This document shows, in pieces, positions 16,981 through 25,845 of a stretch of DNA of 44,321 nucleotides. Position numbers and translations under genes: made by a program. The DNA comes from a virus. The DNA lies in the UHGV virus genome UHGV-0387474; one strand, given 5' to 3'. Below the pieces are notes generated by a model, which saw nothing but the letters and a program-made list of their open reading frames with translations, ran no database searches and was not told where the DNA came from. Each line of letters begins with the position of its first letter. Position 1 is the first letter of the stretch.

Positions 16981-17508
16981 TTACTCTGACAAAGAAGCTC
17001 CATCAGCCGTAAAAGTCATCGTTGTAGGGTTTACAGCGCCAAGAGTCCTATCACCTACATAGTGCACCGTATGCGTTGCAGAAACACCTTTCAGGCCTCC
17101 TGCAAAGTCTCCCAACTCAACAACACCCTCCTGCACCCATGCACGCATATTTCCGGTACTATCGGTTTTGTATCGCTTTACACAGAGATATTTCAATCTC
17201 AAATCTGACAGAGTTGCCCTTTCTTCCATGAGCGTATCTATCTTCTGAGCGTATTTACTTTCTCCAGATACATTGGTTGGGTCCACTGTCATGCTTTCTG
17301 CATAGCCGGTGATGTCATAGTTATTATTTCCAAGCACATCCTGGCTTTCTTCCGTCTCTGGATTCATCGAAATCGGCATATCTTCAACGCCTTTTCCAAT
17401 AATTTCAAGTTTATCTTTTGTGATATTTGTGGTGCTTCCATCAGTTATCCAAAATACCATAAAGTCTTTTCTTTTTGCCTCTCCATCGGCATAAGTCCAC
17501 GTTGCCAC
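16981..17508 (-). CDS. Major tail protein; start revised to GTG (VATWTYADGE...) with AAAGGAGA RBS
   Basis: ~175 aa beta-rich protein preceding chaperones/TMP. Confidence 0.55.
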   Translation of the reverse strand: MATWTYADGEAKRKDFMVFWITDGSTTNITKDKLEIIGKGVEDMPISMNPETEESQDVLGNNNYDITGYAESMTVDPTNVSGESKYAQKIDTLMEERATLSDLRLKYLCVKRYKTDSTGNMRAWVQEGVVELGDFAGGLKGVSATHTVHYVGDRTLGAVNPTTMTFTADGASLSE

Positions 17509-17574
17509 TGTCTTTCTCCTTTCAAATAAAAATATAGCGCCACCATACAAGGCTCTGCGTCTTAGCGTCTGGCT

Positions 17575-18090
17575 CTACCATCTTTCAAAATCATATTTAT
17601 ATTCTATCGATACTGGAAGTATCCAATCCTGCGCACCACTTTCCTGCGGTTCCAGGCCATAAGAGTTGTCACGGGTAACTTTGGTTATCTTTCTTCCTTG
17701 GGATAATGTGGGATAATTTGATAATCGTTCCTCACTCCCATCAATCACAACCGGCTCACGACACAGCCACTTTCCGAACGTATCAAGAAATTCCTGTATG
17801 CTCATTTTCTGACGCTCTTTTGTGGATGATGTACGGTATATAATATAGAAGGGATACTGGCAGGTCTGGCGCACTCCACCTAGTACATCCTCAGTCTCAG
17901 AAAAGATTAAGGCTCCATTATCTGCCGAAAATGCAATCCCACTATCCTCACCCAATTCTTCAAACTTAACGGTTTCATTTTCATACAAACCGGGAAATTG
18001 ATTAAGCAAAGCCTTTACAGCAATTGTCAACACATCATATCCGCTTGCATCTTTTCCTATTGGTTTTCGTTCATCACCCACGTTTTCCAC
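17575..18090 (-). CDS. Head-tail joining / tail completion protein
   Basis: Position in connector gene block. Confidence 0.4.
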   Translation of the reverse strand: MENVGDERKPIGKDASGYDVLTIAVKALLNQFPGLYENETVKFEELGEDSGIAFSADNGALIFSETEDVLGGVRQTCQYPFYIIYRTSSTKERQKMSIQEFLDTFGKWLCREPVVIDGSEERLSNYPTLSQGRKITKVTRDNSYGLEPQESGAQDWILPVSIEYKYDFERW

Positions 18091-18586
18091 CTCCAGCCGT
18101 TTTCTTGGCTTGCTTTATCCATGATTTACCGTCTGCCTTTTTGGCCGCATCAAACCATTTAGCCTGTGCCTTAGGATGCGCTGTTTTGGTATACTGTAAA
18201 TCCTCTTTTGCTTTGGTTTTTCCTCTATATTGGCTTACTAATACCTTTTTAGTACCCTTTGTAGCCCAGGTACTACCAGTAACAACGCTAACCATAGTTT
18301 TACCCTGATATAAAAAACGACCAGCAGGTCCATAGGCAGCATACACTTTTCCAATCCCTTGTATTGCAGCACTTGCGGCCCTGGTAACATCCACAAAATC
18401 GCCTGTAATCATAGGCATAAAAGGAACCATACTATTCATTACATTTCCGTCAAGCTCATATTGAGCATGCTGAAATTGTTTATCAAACCGGGATAATTTG
18501 AGCGTAATCTTTATCTCTCCATCAACAACGGAAAAGCCTTTAAAATGTGTTGTTTTGCTTGCCATATTATTTCCCCAATATCTCAA
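18074..18586 (-). CDS. Head-tail joining protein (HK97 gp10-like position)
   Basis: Position, size, basic C-terminus. Confidence 0.4.
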   Translation of the reverse strand: MRYWGNNMASKTTHFKGFSVVDGEIKITLKLSRFDKQFQHAQYELDGNVMNSMVPFMPMITGDFVDVTRAASAAIQGIGKVYAAYGPAGRFLYQGKTMVSVVTGSTWATKGTKKVLVSQYRGKTKAKEDLQYTKTAHPKAQAKWFDAAKKADGKSWIKQAKKTAGGGKRG

Positions 18587-19043
18587 AGTGAGGAATCACA
18601 GAGTATGGACCTCCAACAGAGGATACCAAATATACGAAGTCATACCGATTATTCATATAAGCATAAAAACCGTCACGATAATCTTCATCGTTTACCGGGC
18701 CGTTATCCCATACCCCTTCCCAGAAAAAGCAATTATCCGATGCATCAAAGGTAATGGTATCGTCCAGCAAATCATTTACCTGTCTCATCCACTCCTTCGG
18801 AGGAAGCCACGGCAATTCTTTACCGTCAGCATCGCGGATTATCTGTTTACCATCCTGTAACTCGTATACTATGTGTAACTCTGCATTATCCGTGCTGTCT
18901 GGCCCATACTTTTTTAGTATTGCGCCTTTGTCGGTATTAAGGTCAACGCCTGATAATACATGTGGATACCAGATACCAACACCAGTTGTGGATGATTCAT
19001 AGTAGTTAAATACTGTTACTGTATCATTGTACATATTAATCAC
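18567..19043 (-). CDS. Minor capsid/head-closure protein
   Basis: Position in connector block. Confidence 0.4.
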   Translation of the reverse strand: MINMYNDTVTVFNYYESSTTGVGIWYPHVLSGVDLNTDKGAILKKYGPDSTDNAELHIVYELQDGKQIIRDADGKELPWLPPKEWMRQVNDLLDDTITFDASDNCFFWEGVWDNGPVNDEDYRDGFYAYMNNRYDFVYLVSSVGGPYSVIPHFEILGK

Positions 19044-19046
19044 CTA

Positions 19047-19346
19047 TTAGCGTTTCTTTTTTCTTTGTTCGATTTTTGACGCTTCATCCAATATTCTAGA
19101 CGAGTCAAATATGTGACGCTTTTCAATAATTTGAGAAGCATTAGATACTTTTAATAATACTTCTTTCAGTTGTTTGCCTATTTCTTGCAAAGATTCAATT
19201 TCATTTTGATATTTTTTTTGAGCGCTTGGATACTTCTTTATCCTTTCATTAGCTAAATCAATATTTCTATTGATAGTATCAATAGCATTATTTCTAATTT
19301 GTTCGGCCCATTTAACTTGTTTTTCTGAACCTTTTAAAGTTGGCAA
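19047..19346 (-). CDS. Coiled-coil basic protein (99 aa), TTG start, weak RBS
   Basis: Only ORF in this gap; no in-frame ATG. Confidence 0.35.
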   Translation of the reverse strand: MPTLKGSEKQVKWAEQIRNNAIDTINRNIDLANERIKKYPSAQKKYQNEIESLQEIGKQLKEVLLKVSNASQIIEKRHIFDSSRILDEASKIEQRKKKR

Positions 19347-19398
19347 TCATTTGAAAGAAATTTTCTGGTTTTTAGCAGATAATCCACTCGCCCCACCT

Positions 19399-20040
19399 CT
19401 ACCACCCATTGCACAACACCTCATTAAACTTTTCTGTAAACGCTCGTACCCTCACGATATTCCCCATGCACTCATCTGGCACATAACCATAAAAGATAAT
19501 CGTGTCCGGGCAAATGCGCCGTACCATTTCCTTGTAGCCTATCAGAAACAACTCTTTCTTTTCTTTGCTGTTCATCACGCCTAAAGACGATACCGCCACA
19601 ACACCACCCTGTGGCTCTCCGTCAAAGCACCATTCAAAGCTGTCGGGCGTACTCCATGAAATCGTGGGAATAACTTGTATCCCTGCCTCTTGCAGATATG
19701 CGCCTACCCAATGTTTTCTATAATGATTGTATATCTGGATAGCTTTTGGAAAGTCTGTGTAGGTGGAAAAGTCTGGAGACATTACATAACGGAATTTTTG
19801 TAACATGGGTATGTATCGGTCAACATCCGTCCATAACCTATTGAATTGGTAATCATCAATGAAGAAATGTACACCTTTCTTTTCAGTCTCTTTACAAGTC
19901 TTGGCATAGTTGAAACCAATCCATTCACAGCCTTTCTCGTAGGTTACTGGTTCTATCTGCGGTATTCCGTATTTTCCCACGCCGTCAAATATCTGGCGCT
20001 CCAGATTTTCATAATTTCTGCGGTTTCGGTAGTTACTCAT
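19399..20040 (-). CDS. DUF4417-like protein (213 aa), moron within structural module
   Basis: ...FFIDDYQFNRLWTDVDRYIPMLQKF..SPDFSTYTDFPKAIQIYNHYRKHWVGAYLQEAGIQVIPTISW... recalled as DUF4417 signature; 4-nt overlap with holin gene. Confidence 0.5.
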   Translation of the reverse strand: MSNYRNRRNYENLERQIFDGVGKYGIPQIEPVTYEKGCEWIGFNYAKTCKETEKKGVHFFIDDYQFNRLWTDVDRYIPMLQKFRYVMSPDFSTYTDFPKAIQIYNHYRKHWVGAYLQEAGIQVIPTISWSTPDSFEWCFDGEPQGGVVAVSSLGVMNSKEKKELFLIGYKEMVRRICPDTIIFYGYVPDECMGNIVRVRAFTEKFNEVLCNGW

Positions 20041-20300
20041 TTCTTAGCCTGCTTATACATCTGGTTAACTCCCGTAGCCGTAAGGCCAGACATAGCTCCA
20101 ACTGCTACGGCCGTGATGTAGTCCGATGCCGGGAAGTCTGGTATAGTTCCCATACCAAGCGCGCCAAGAACACCCCCCACAACAGCCATAATAACCGGAA
20201 TCCATTCGTCCGGTATTTTCTTTGCAGCCTTGCATCCAAGACCAACCACATAGCTCAGAGCCACAATAGCTACACATGTTCCCAATGTTGTAATGTCCAT
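20037..20300 (-). CDS. Holin (Phage_holin_4_1/phiLC3-SPP1-type, 3 TM)
   Basis: MDITTLGTCVAIVALSYVVGLGCKAAKKIPDEWIPVIMAVVGGVLGALGMGTIPDFPASDYITAVAVGAMSGLTATGVNQMYKQAKK. Confidence 0.75.
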   Translation of the reverse strand: MDITTLGTCVAIVALSYVVGLGCKAAKKIPDEWIPVIMAVVGGVLGALGMGTIPDFPASDYITAVAVGAMSGLTATGVNQMYKQAKK

Positions 20301-20318
20301 TTCTTATCCTTTCTGGAA

Positions 20319-20669
20319 TCAGAGTAAATTCAATTCCTTGAATACTTTGAAAATCTTAGGAAACTGAATGGCAAACCAGTCAACCGTGGTTTCTTCAATC
20401 CCTATTGACTTATGCTCAAAATTGCCAGACAGCCCAGATTCTTCCATAAACGCATGGATAATCTCATGCCGGAGACAGATTCTTTGATATTCTTTCAGAT
20501 TTTCTTTTGCCCCAGTTCTTCCTTCGCTTTTCTTCATGTCATCCACAACTATTTCTTTTATGGATGAATCGCAATAGCCGTCAATTCCTTCTAGGTTTGG
20601 GTATTGACTTTCATCTCCGAACTTTATTTCCCATTCTGTCCCCAGAATGTTCACTTTACAATCCTGCAT
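20319..20669 (-). CDS. Small zincin-like putative metallopeptidase (HEIIHA), paralogue of 34993..35286
   Basis: ...ICLRHEIIHAFMEESGL; ~116 aa. Confidence 0.5.
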   Translation of the reverse strand: MQDCKVNILGTEWEIKFGDESQYPNLEGIDGYCDSSIKEIVVDDMKKSEGRTGAKENLKEYQRICLRHEIIHAFMEESGLSGNFEHKSIGIEETTVDWFAIQFPKIFKVFKELNLL

Positions 20670-21150
20670 ATAAAAGCGGTGTCCCTTCGTTATCTCTTAC
20701 TCCCATCAGATACACCTTTGCAGTATCATACAGGAGTTTATTGGTTGCCTGTTCATCTCCTGCCGCAGAGTATACAGTACTCCAGGCTTTAGCTCCGTTA
20801 GCTATTTCAGACGGGGATGCATAGCTGATTGATTCGGAACCGGATGACTTTGACGTGATAACACCTGTGGTTGCGCCGCCGGTCCCGCTGGTTATACTTC
20901 CAGCGGCGGCAGATAGCGCCTGTTTTTCTGCCAGCTCCAAACCATACAGCTTATCAGCTAAGGCACATACGGCTTTCTTGATTTTGGTTTGCGCTCGTGC
21001 ATTGTCTGGGAGGCCGTCAACCAACCTATCTCTAGTTACAATATCAAGAAAGTCGCTTGCCCGCTCTGCTTGCTTATTAAATAATTGGTAATCCGGTATG
21101 GCACTGCCGTAATATTTTGTTGTATAAAACTCATAGTCTGCATATGCCAT
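20656..21150 (-). CDS. Head-tail connector protein (gp6-like) with Ser/Thr/Gly-rich extension
   Basis: N-terminus YADYEFYTTKYYGSAIPDYQLFNKQAERASDFLDIVTRDRL typical of Phage_connect_1. Confidence 0.55.
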   Translation of the reverse strand: MAYADYEFYTTKYYGSAIPDYQLFNKQAERASDFLDIVTRDRLVDGLPDNARAQTKIKKAVCALADKLYGLELAEKQALSAAAGSITSGTGGATTGVITSKSSGSESISYASPSEIANGAKAWSTVYSAAGDEQATNKLLYDTAKVYLMGVRDNEGTPLLYAGL

Positions 21151-21167
21151 TCCGGATTCTCCTTTCT

Positions 21168-22340
21168 TTAAGAGTGAGACGTTATATCGTCATTTCCAGA
21201 TTTCAACGCCTTATAGGTATTGTCGCACTCAACTACTGTGATATGATTCCCGGTCGTTGCCTTGATATCAGATTTACCGTCCCACGCTGTCCACGTCTTT
21301 ACATTCTGCCCATATTTCACTTCTGGAGCGGAATCAGCTGCCACTTTGTACTTGTACATATGTCCGGTTTCGAGGGAAGGTTCAATGGTTAATTTTGTGT
21401 TTCCTGATGTGCTTCCGGCCGAAGAAGTTACCGTCAGTGTTCCAAGAACGGGATTATCAGTAATATCAACAACCGCGATTCCGTCAATATATTCTGCAAA
21501 CAAGGTAAGTCCCATTATTGCAAATGCTTCGGAAACAGCGGTATTGTAATTACCCTGGGTATGGAATCCGATAAGGTTTGTCTCTCCGTCCCCAGTAGTA
21601 TATACCAGACCAGCCCGTGAAAAATCGCTTTCATTTGGGTCAACATAGTACATTACAATGTTTTCCACTGGTGTAGCTATTACTTTTCCACTTTCGATTT
21701 CAGAATCAGATAGCAGAAAGATTGTATTGAATCCCATGAAATCCTTAAGATACTGGAAACCAAACTGATTCTGCACAGTGATTTCAGCGGCACCCAGGTA
21801 CTGATATACATCCAGAATATTCACAAATCCAACCACCCCCGTAACATTACGGTGCATCTGTTTGAATTTGTTTTCTACCATTCCTTTTGCCATAGCAAGG
21901 GCCATCTGGAATGTAGTTTCCGTTCCAGTAAGTGTGCCTGTGTTCAGATATGTATAGAATCGCCCTGTTACATTCGACTGAAGCTGAAACAAAAATTCAT
22001 CGTCTGTCATTTGCACAGCATTTTCATATCCGTGGTCTTTGATTGCCTCGATGGAAACGGCTTTCGCATATTTTTCGATAGTCATTTCTGCGTATTCCTT
22101 TTCCTTAACTACGAATTTGCTGTAAGGGATGTCCTCTCCTTCTCCTACTTTTCCGTTTTCCAGCGTTCCCTCGGCGTACTTGCTTTTCAGCGTAGCGCCG
22201 GGTTGCTTTTTAATCGGGCGCATAATGCCAAGAATATCCCGCAGGTGCTGCCAGTTTCTTTCAAACCGGGTAACAAAATCCAATTCCCGAGCCGTTACAT
22301 GAATATCTCCTGTTGTAATCAATTTAGCTTTCGCTGACAT
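21168..22340 (-). CDS. Major capsid protein (390 aa)
   Basis: Directly downstream of scaffold gene, size, strong RBS. Confidence 0.7.
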   Translation of the reverse strand: MSAKAKLITTGDIHVTARELDFVTRFERNWQHLRDILGIMRPIKKQPGATLKSKYAEGTLENGKVGEGEDIPYSKFVVKEKEYAEMTIEKYAKAVSIEAIKDHGYENAVQMTDDEFLFQLQSNVTGRFYTYLNTGTLTGTETTFQMALAMAKGMVENKFKQMHRNVTGVVGFVNILDVYQYLGAAEITVQNQFGFQYLKDFMGFNTIFLLSDSEIESGKVIATPVENIVMYYVDPNESDFSRAGLVYTTGDGETNLIGFHTQGNYNTAVSEAFAIMGLTLFAEYIDGIAVVDITDNPVLGTLTVTSSAGSTSGNTKLTIEPSLETGHMYKYKVAADSAPEVKYGQNVKTWTAWDGKSDIKATTGNHITVVECDNTYKALKSGNDDITSHS

Positions 22341-22342
22341 TT

Positions 22343-22963
22343 TTACTCTCCTTTACCAAATAAATGAATGTTCGCAGCAATAGCGGACTGCCGCTCGGAG
22401 GCATCCTTAATCCCCATAATCTGGTCTTTCGTTATTCCTCCGCTCTGATTCTGCCTCTGGAAAGGCTGTGTAAACCGCGCTGCATTCTGCTGTGCTTTTT
22501 GCTGTTTCTCATCAATAAACGCCGAAGCATCTTTCTCTTTCATCTGAGAAATAAGGTCATTTAAGCCCAATATTTTCCCATCTTTCAATTTCAATCCGGC
22601 CTCTTTCACTTCTGCCATGATTGCCCGTTTTGCTGCCTCACTGGAAAATTTAATTCCTTCAAATTCTGTTTTTAGTGCGTCCGCAAAATCACGCTCATAA
22701 ATCTGTTCCTGGGCTTTTTTTTCGGCTTCTGTAGCCTTCTGTTTCCAGTCAGACAACTCTTTCTGCATCGTCTTCAGGTCAACCCCTTCAAAGCCTTTCA
22801 GCGTTGTTTCTGCTGCTTCTGCTTTTCCTTTCCAGGTATCCCGGTCCGCGCTCAGATTGTCGTTTTCTTTCTGCAACTTTTTGAGGTCTTTCCCATTTTC
22901 AGCCATGACAAAAGATATCTGTTCCTCTGTCAATCCCTGTGCTTTTAATTCTTCGGTTTTCAT
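22343..22963 (-). CDS. Scaffolding protein (GP20-like)
   Basis: Acidic, coiled-coil, MKTEELKAQGLTEEQISFVMAENGKDLKKLQKENDNL...; precedes capsid gene. Confidence 0.7.
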   Translation of the reverse strand: MKTEELKAQGLTEEQISFVMAENGKDLKKLQKENDNLSADRDTWKGKAEAAETTLKGFEGVDLKTMQKELSDWKQKATEAEKKAQEQIYERDFADALKTEFEGIKFSSEAAKRAIMAEVKEAGLKLKDGKILGLNDLISQMKEKDASAFIDEKQQKAQQNAARFTQPFQRQNQSGGITKDQIMGIKDASERQSAIAANIHLFGKGE

Positions 22964-23272
22964 TGATGATTCTCCTTTTCCGTTATTAGGTTATTTGTAG
23001 GTGTGTAACCGTCCACCAACGGTTGCCATTTTGTAGGACTTGGCGTGTCCAAAAACGCACATGCCGGAAATTACATCCGCTTTTCAACCTCCAGGCTGTT
23101 CACGCTATGCGTTAGAACCTGTTTCTTTTAAGGACATGTGCTATAGGAGGGAGGTCAAATATAAGAAAAAGCCAAACAAACTTTTACCATGTTTTCACCT
23201 TTTCTGTGTATTCCTATTCCCATTTTACCGTATTAGCGAAAAAAAATCGTCCCCACATTTTAATATTTCCTC

Positions 23273-23301
23273 TTGACTTTCCACGCATTGCGTGGTATTA
23301 T
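23273..23301 (+). promoter_or_regulatory. SigmaA promoter TTGACT-17-TATTAT with perfect palindrome CCACGCATTGCGTGG (23281..23295) in the spacer
   Basis: Read directly; drives plus-strand islet inside the minus-strand late operon. Confidence 0.6.
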
Positions 23302-23342
23302 TTATACATAAGATAAAAAACGGAGGAATAAAGGAGGACGTT

Positions 23343-23759
23343 ATGAACAAAATTAAAGAATACCGCATAAAAGCACGTATGACACAATCTGATTTATCTG
23401 CTTATCTGGAAATACCGACCAGGACTATTGAGGACTGGGAAACCGAGAAACGGAATCCAGCTCCTTGGGCGGAAGAATTAATTATTAGGCAGTTAGAGGA
23501 GCTTATCCATCCGTGCCTCATGAAACGATTTCTGGACAAGTGTTCCCATATCGCCTATGATAGACTTCTTGGAGAAACTGAAAATATATTTACTGATTCA
23601 AGGGATTTTTCGCACGATGAATATTATAAAATCGTACATGAAGAAATGAAAAAGATGGGAGTCGAGGATAGCGATTACGATTACTGCCCAAAAAGCATCG
23701 ACCATAAATATTTGGAGAATGTACAAGCTGGGCGGGAAATACATGAAACCATATTATAG
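23343..23759 (+). CDS. XRE-family HTH regulator with ~80-aa C-terminal domain
   Basis: AAAGGAGGA RBS; MNKIKEYRIKARMTQSDLSAYLEIPTRTIEDWETEKRNP... Confidence 0.6.
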   Translation: MNKIKEYRIKARMTQSDLSAYLEIPTRTIEDWETEKRNPAPWAEELIIRQLEELIHPCLMKRFLDKCSHIAYDRLLGETENIFTDSRDFSHDEYYKIVHEEMKKMGVEDSDYDYCPKSIDHKYLENVQAGREIHETIL

Positions 23760-23772
23760 GAGGAATATCAAT

Positions 23773-24063
23773 ATGAAAACTTTTAAAGGATACATAAATT
23801 ATGGATGTTTAGCTGCTGAGAAACGCCCTTTGTTTACTGCGGGAAATCCTCACCCAACAGCAATAGTCAGCGAGGCGGTAGAGTATAAAGTACCAGGAGG
23901 ATGGGGCTGCAATGAAACAGAAACTGGCATTGTATTGACAGCTCCGTGGGGTTGGACTTATACACCGAACGAGCTGCTGCATGGGAAAGAATCCCCCTAT
24001 TTATGCGTAATCAATAATGAAGGAAAAGAAATCCATATAATGTTAGATTGGAATCATATTTAA
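23773..24063 (+). CDS. Hypothetical protein (96 aa)
   Basis: GGAGG RBS; MKTFKGYINYGCLAAEKRPLFTAGNPHPTAIVSEAVEYKVPGGWGCNE... Confidence 0.45.
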   Translation: MKTFKGYINYGCLAAEKRPLFTAGNPHPTAIVSEAVEYKVPGGWGCNETETGIVLTAPWGWTYTPNELLHGKESPYLCVINNEGKEIHIMLDWNHI

Positions 24064-24233
24064 ATGAGAGAAAAATAATGAATAAAAATACCGAACTTAG
24101 AAGGGAAGCTTTAAAAATCATCGAGGGTAGAAAAGAAAAAGATATACATGACGCTGATTTGCTCGATAGCGTCTGCCGGTATACTACCGTTTTGGTTGAT
24201 GGAGTAAATTACAGGATTTACATGGTATTTTGA
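24048..24233 (+). CDS. Hypothetical small protein; possibly frameshifted (a 40-codon ORF continues in another frame to 24353)
   Basis: ORF then out-of-frame continuation ...PEGLDDLGNVDYDHAYRVVDVTKEWEYTDLGDFLGSAE. Confidence 0.3.
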   Translation: MESYLNERKIMNKNTELRREALKIIEGRKEKDIHDADLLDSVCRYTTVLVDGVNYRIYMVF

Positions 24234-24365
24234 TTTGCCAGAAGGTTTGGACGATTTAGGAAATGTGGATTATGACCACGCATATCGTGTGGTTGATGTC
24301 ACAAAAGAATGGGAATATACTGATTTAGGAGATTTTTTAGGAAGCGCCGAATAAAAAAGAAAAAT

Positions 24366-24401
24366 ACCGCCAACTCGTAATGAGAAGGCGATATTTTTTT
24401 T
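24366..24401. terminator. Weak candidate bidirectional terminator (A-tract, short GC stem, T8)
   Basis: aaaataccgcc...ggcgatattttttttg. Confidence 0.3.
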
Positions 24402-24592
24402 GCTTTGTAGCTAAAAAGAAATAAACTAATATTTTAATCCACACCACTCCATTTGGGGAGCAGCGACCAGTATAGGTCCCATATACCGATACCTTATGGA
24501 ATGATAATATATCTTTTGTCCTTATTTGTCAAGATACTCTTCGGTTTTATACATTTTTAAAAGGCGGCAGGACTTTTCCCACCGCCAATTTA

Positions 24593-25132
24593 TTACATCA
24601 TATTACGAAGCTTTTCAATATACCTTTTCATGGTTTCTCTTTCTTCCCGGCAGTCGGCATCTTTGGACATTTCGCCTAATTCTTCTGTCAGTTCGTCCAT
24701 ATGTTCTTCCAAAGCTGCAAGCATACGCCGCTTGCAATCTTCATCTTTCCCTCCGCTTCTGTAGCTCTGCTTCTGATTCATGTAGTCGTCATAGGCCGGA
24801 CCGTTCGCACGGCTGTAGTGTCCTCTAACGTAATGTTTTCCACGTGTGCCACGATAGGAGCTGTCATTATCATAGTCCTGCGACATTCCATCAGCACGGC
24901 TATAACGTCCCATGCTGTCGCGTTTGCGGCGCGCTTCGCTGTATTCTCCGCCATCCATTTCGTCCATTACCTGATTGTAGTACTCTTTTTTGCACTTCCA
25001 GTACTCCACATTCTCCATGTCTTTCCACATGTCTATCAGTTTGTATGCGGTTTCAAGGTTGCTAGTGTTCAGGCCCTTTTCCGCAATCTTATCCAGTTCT
25101 TCATGGATATTCTGCATCATCTTATAGCTCAT
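24593..25132 (-). CDS. Highly charged helical protein with central R/Y/S/G-rich low-complexity segment (179 aa)
   Basis: ...SYRGTRGKHYVRGHYSRANGPAYDDYMNQKQSYRSGG...; accessory island. Confidence 0.5.
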   Translation of the reverse strand: MSYKMMQNIHEELDKIAEKGLNTSNLETAYKLIDMWKDMENVEYWKCKKEYYNQVMDEMDGGEYSEARRKRDSMGRYSRADGMSQDYDNDSSYRGTRGKHYVRGHYSRANGPAYDDYMNQKQSYRSGGKDEDCKRRMLAALEEHMDELTEELGEMSKDADCREERETMKRYIEKLRNMM

Positions 25133-25144
25133 AGCCTTACCCCC

Positions 25145-25543
25145 TTAACCTATTCTGCTAACAACAAGGTTAGCGTCTGATACTGTCGCTGCTGTGGCTC
25201 CAACGTTTTTTACTGATAGGGTAGCACAACATGGTTTGCACACCCTTACTTCTACAGTTGCCGCTCCATTGATTGTTGCGCCGGCGGCAACTGTGTTCTG
25301 GATTCTTGCACCGGGAATGCCTTCGCCGTCCTGCTGTACTTCAAAAATAACGTCACCTGCTGCGGCTGCGGAAAAGTTTCCGTTAAAGCCTACACGGTAC
25401 AGACCAGGAAGTAAAACCACTCTACCAGAAAGTGGATTATGCCTTATATTTGGGCAATTACAGGAATATACCCGGTTTGCTGCAAACAGTACACTTGCAT
25501 TGACTTCAACAGTCTGTGTACCAGCAGTTACAAAATCTGCCAT
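25145..25543 (-). CDS. Beta-rich protein resembling BclA C-terminal (C1q/TNF-like) domain (132 aa)
   Basis: Ala/Val/Gly-rich beta-strand pattern; resemblance by eye only. Confidence 0.4.
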   Translation of the reverse strand: MADFVTAGTQTVEVNASVLFAANRVYSCNCPNIRHNPLSGRVVLLPGLYRVGFNGNFSAAAAGDVIFEVQQDGEGIPGARIQNTVAAGATINGAATVEVRVCKPCCATLSVKNVGATAATVSDANLVVSRIG

Positions 25544-25608
25544 AATAAATCCTCCTTATATACACAGAAGGGCAAGCCTGTGCCTACCCCTCCATGTGTG
25601 TAATACTA

Positions 25609-25845
25609 CTATTCAGTAGACATGTCCTTTTCGGACAAGATACGCAATATACGGTTATTTTGGTCGATAATCTTTTCCATGTACTCCTTATTCTCCTGTT
25701 GCAATGCTTCCATAATATCATTATTTGACACATCACCAACAATCAAAAGCAAATTTATCATTTGCAATGCAGTTGCATACAGAGCAAGATTATCGTAAAA
25801 CTGTTCGTTTCTCATTAGCACCCGCATCCAGTATTGCATCCACAA
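25609..25845 (-). CDS. Hypothetical small protein (start uncertain)
   Basis: Overlaps upstream ORF by 31 nt. Confidence 0.3.
   Translation of the reverse strand: MWMQYWMRVLMRNEQFYDNLALYATALQMINLLLIVGDVSNNDIMEALQQENKEYMEKIIDQNNRILRILSEKDMSTE

Noticed and set aside
13485-18090. Contractile (myovirus or PBSX-like) tail
   Set aside because: There is no sheath-sized gene. The order major tail protein, two chaperones, TMP fits a siphovirus tail.
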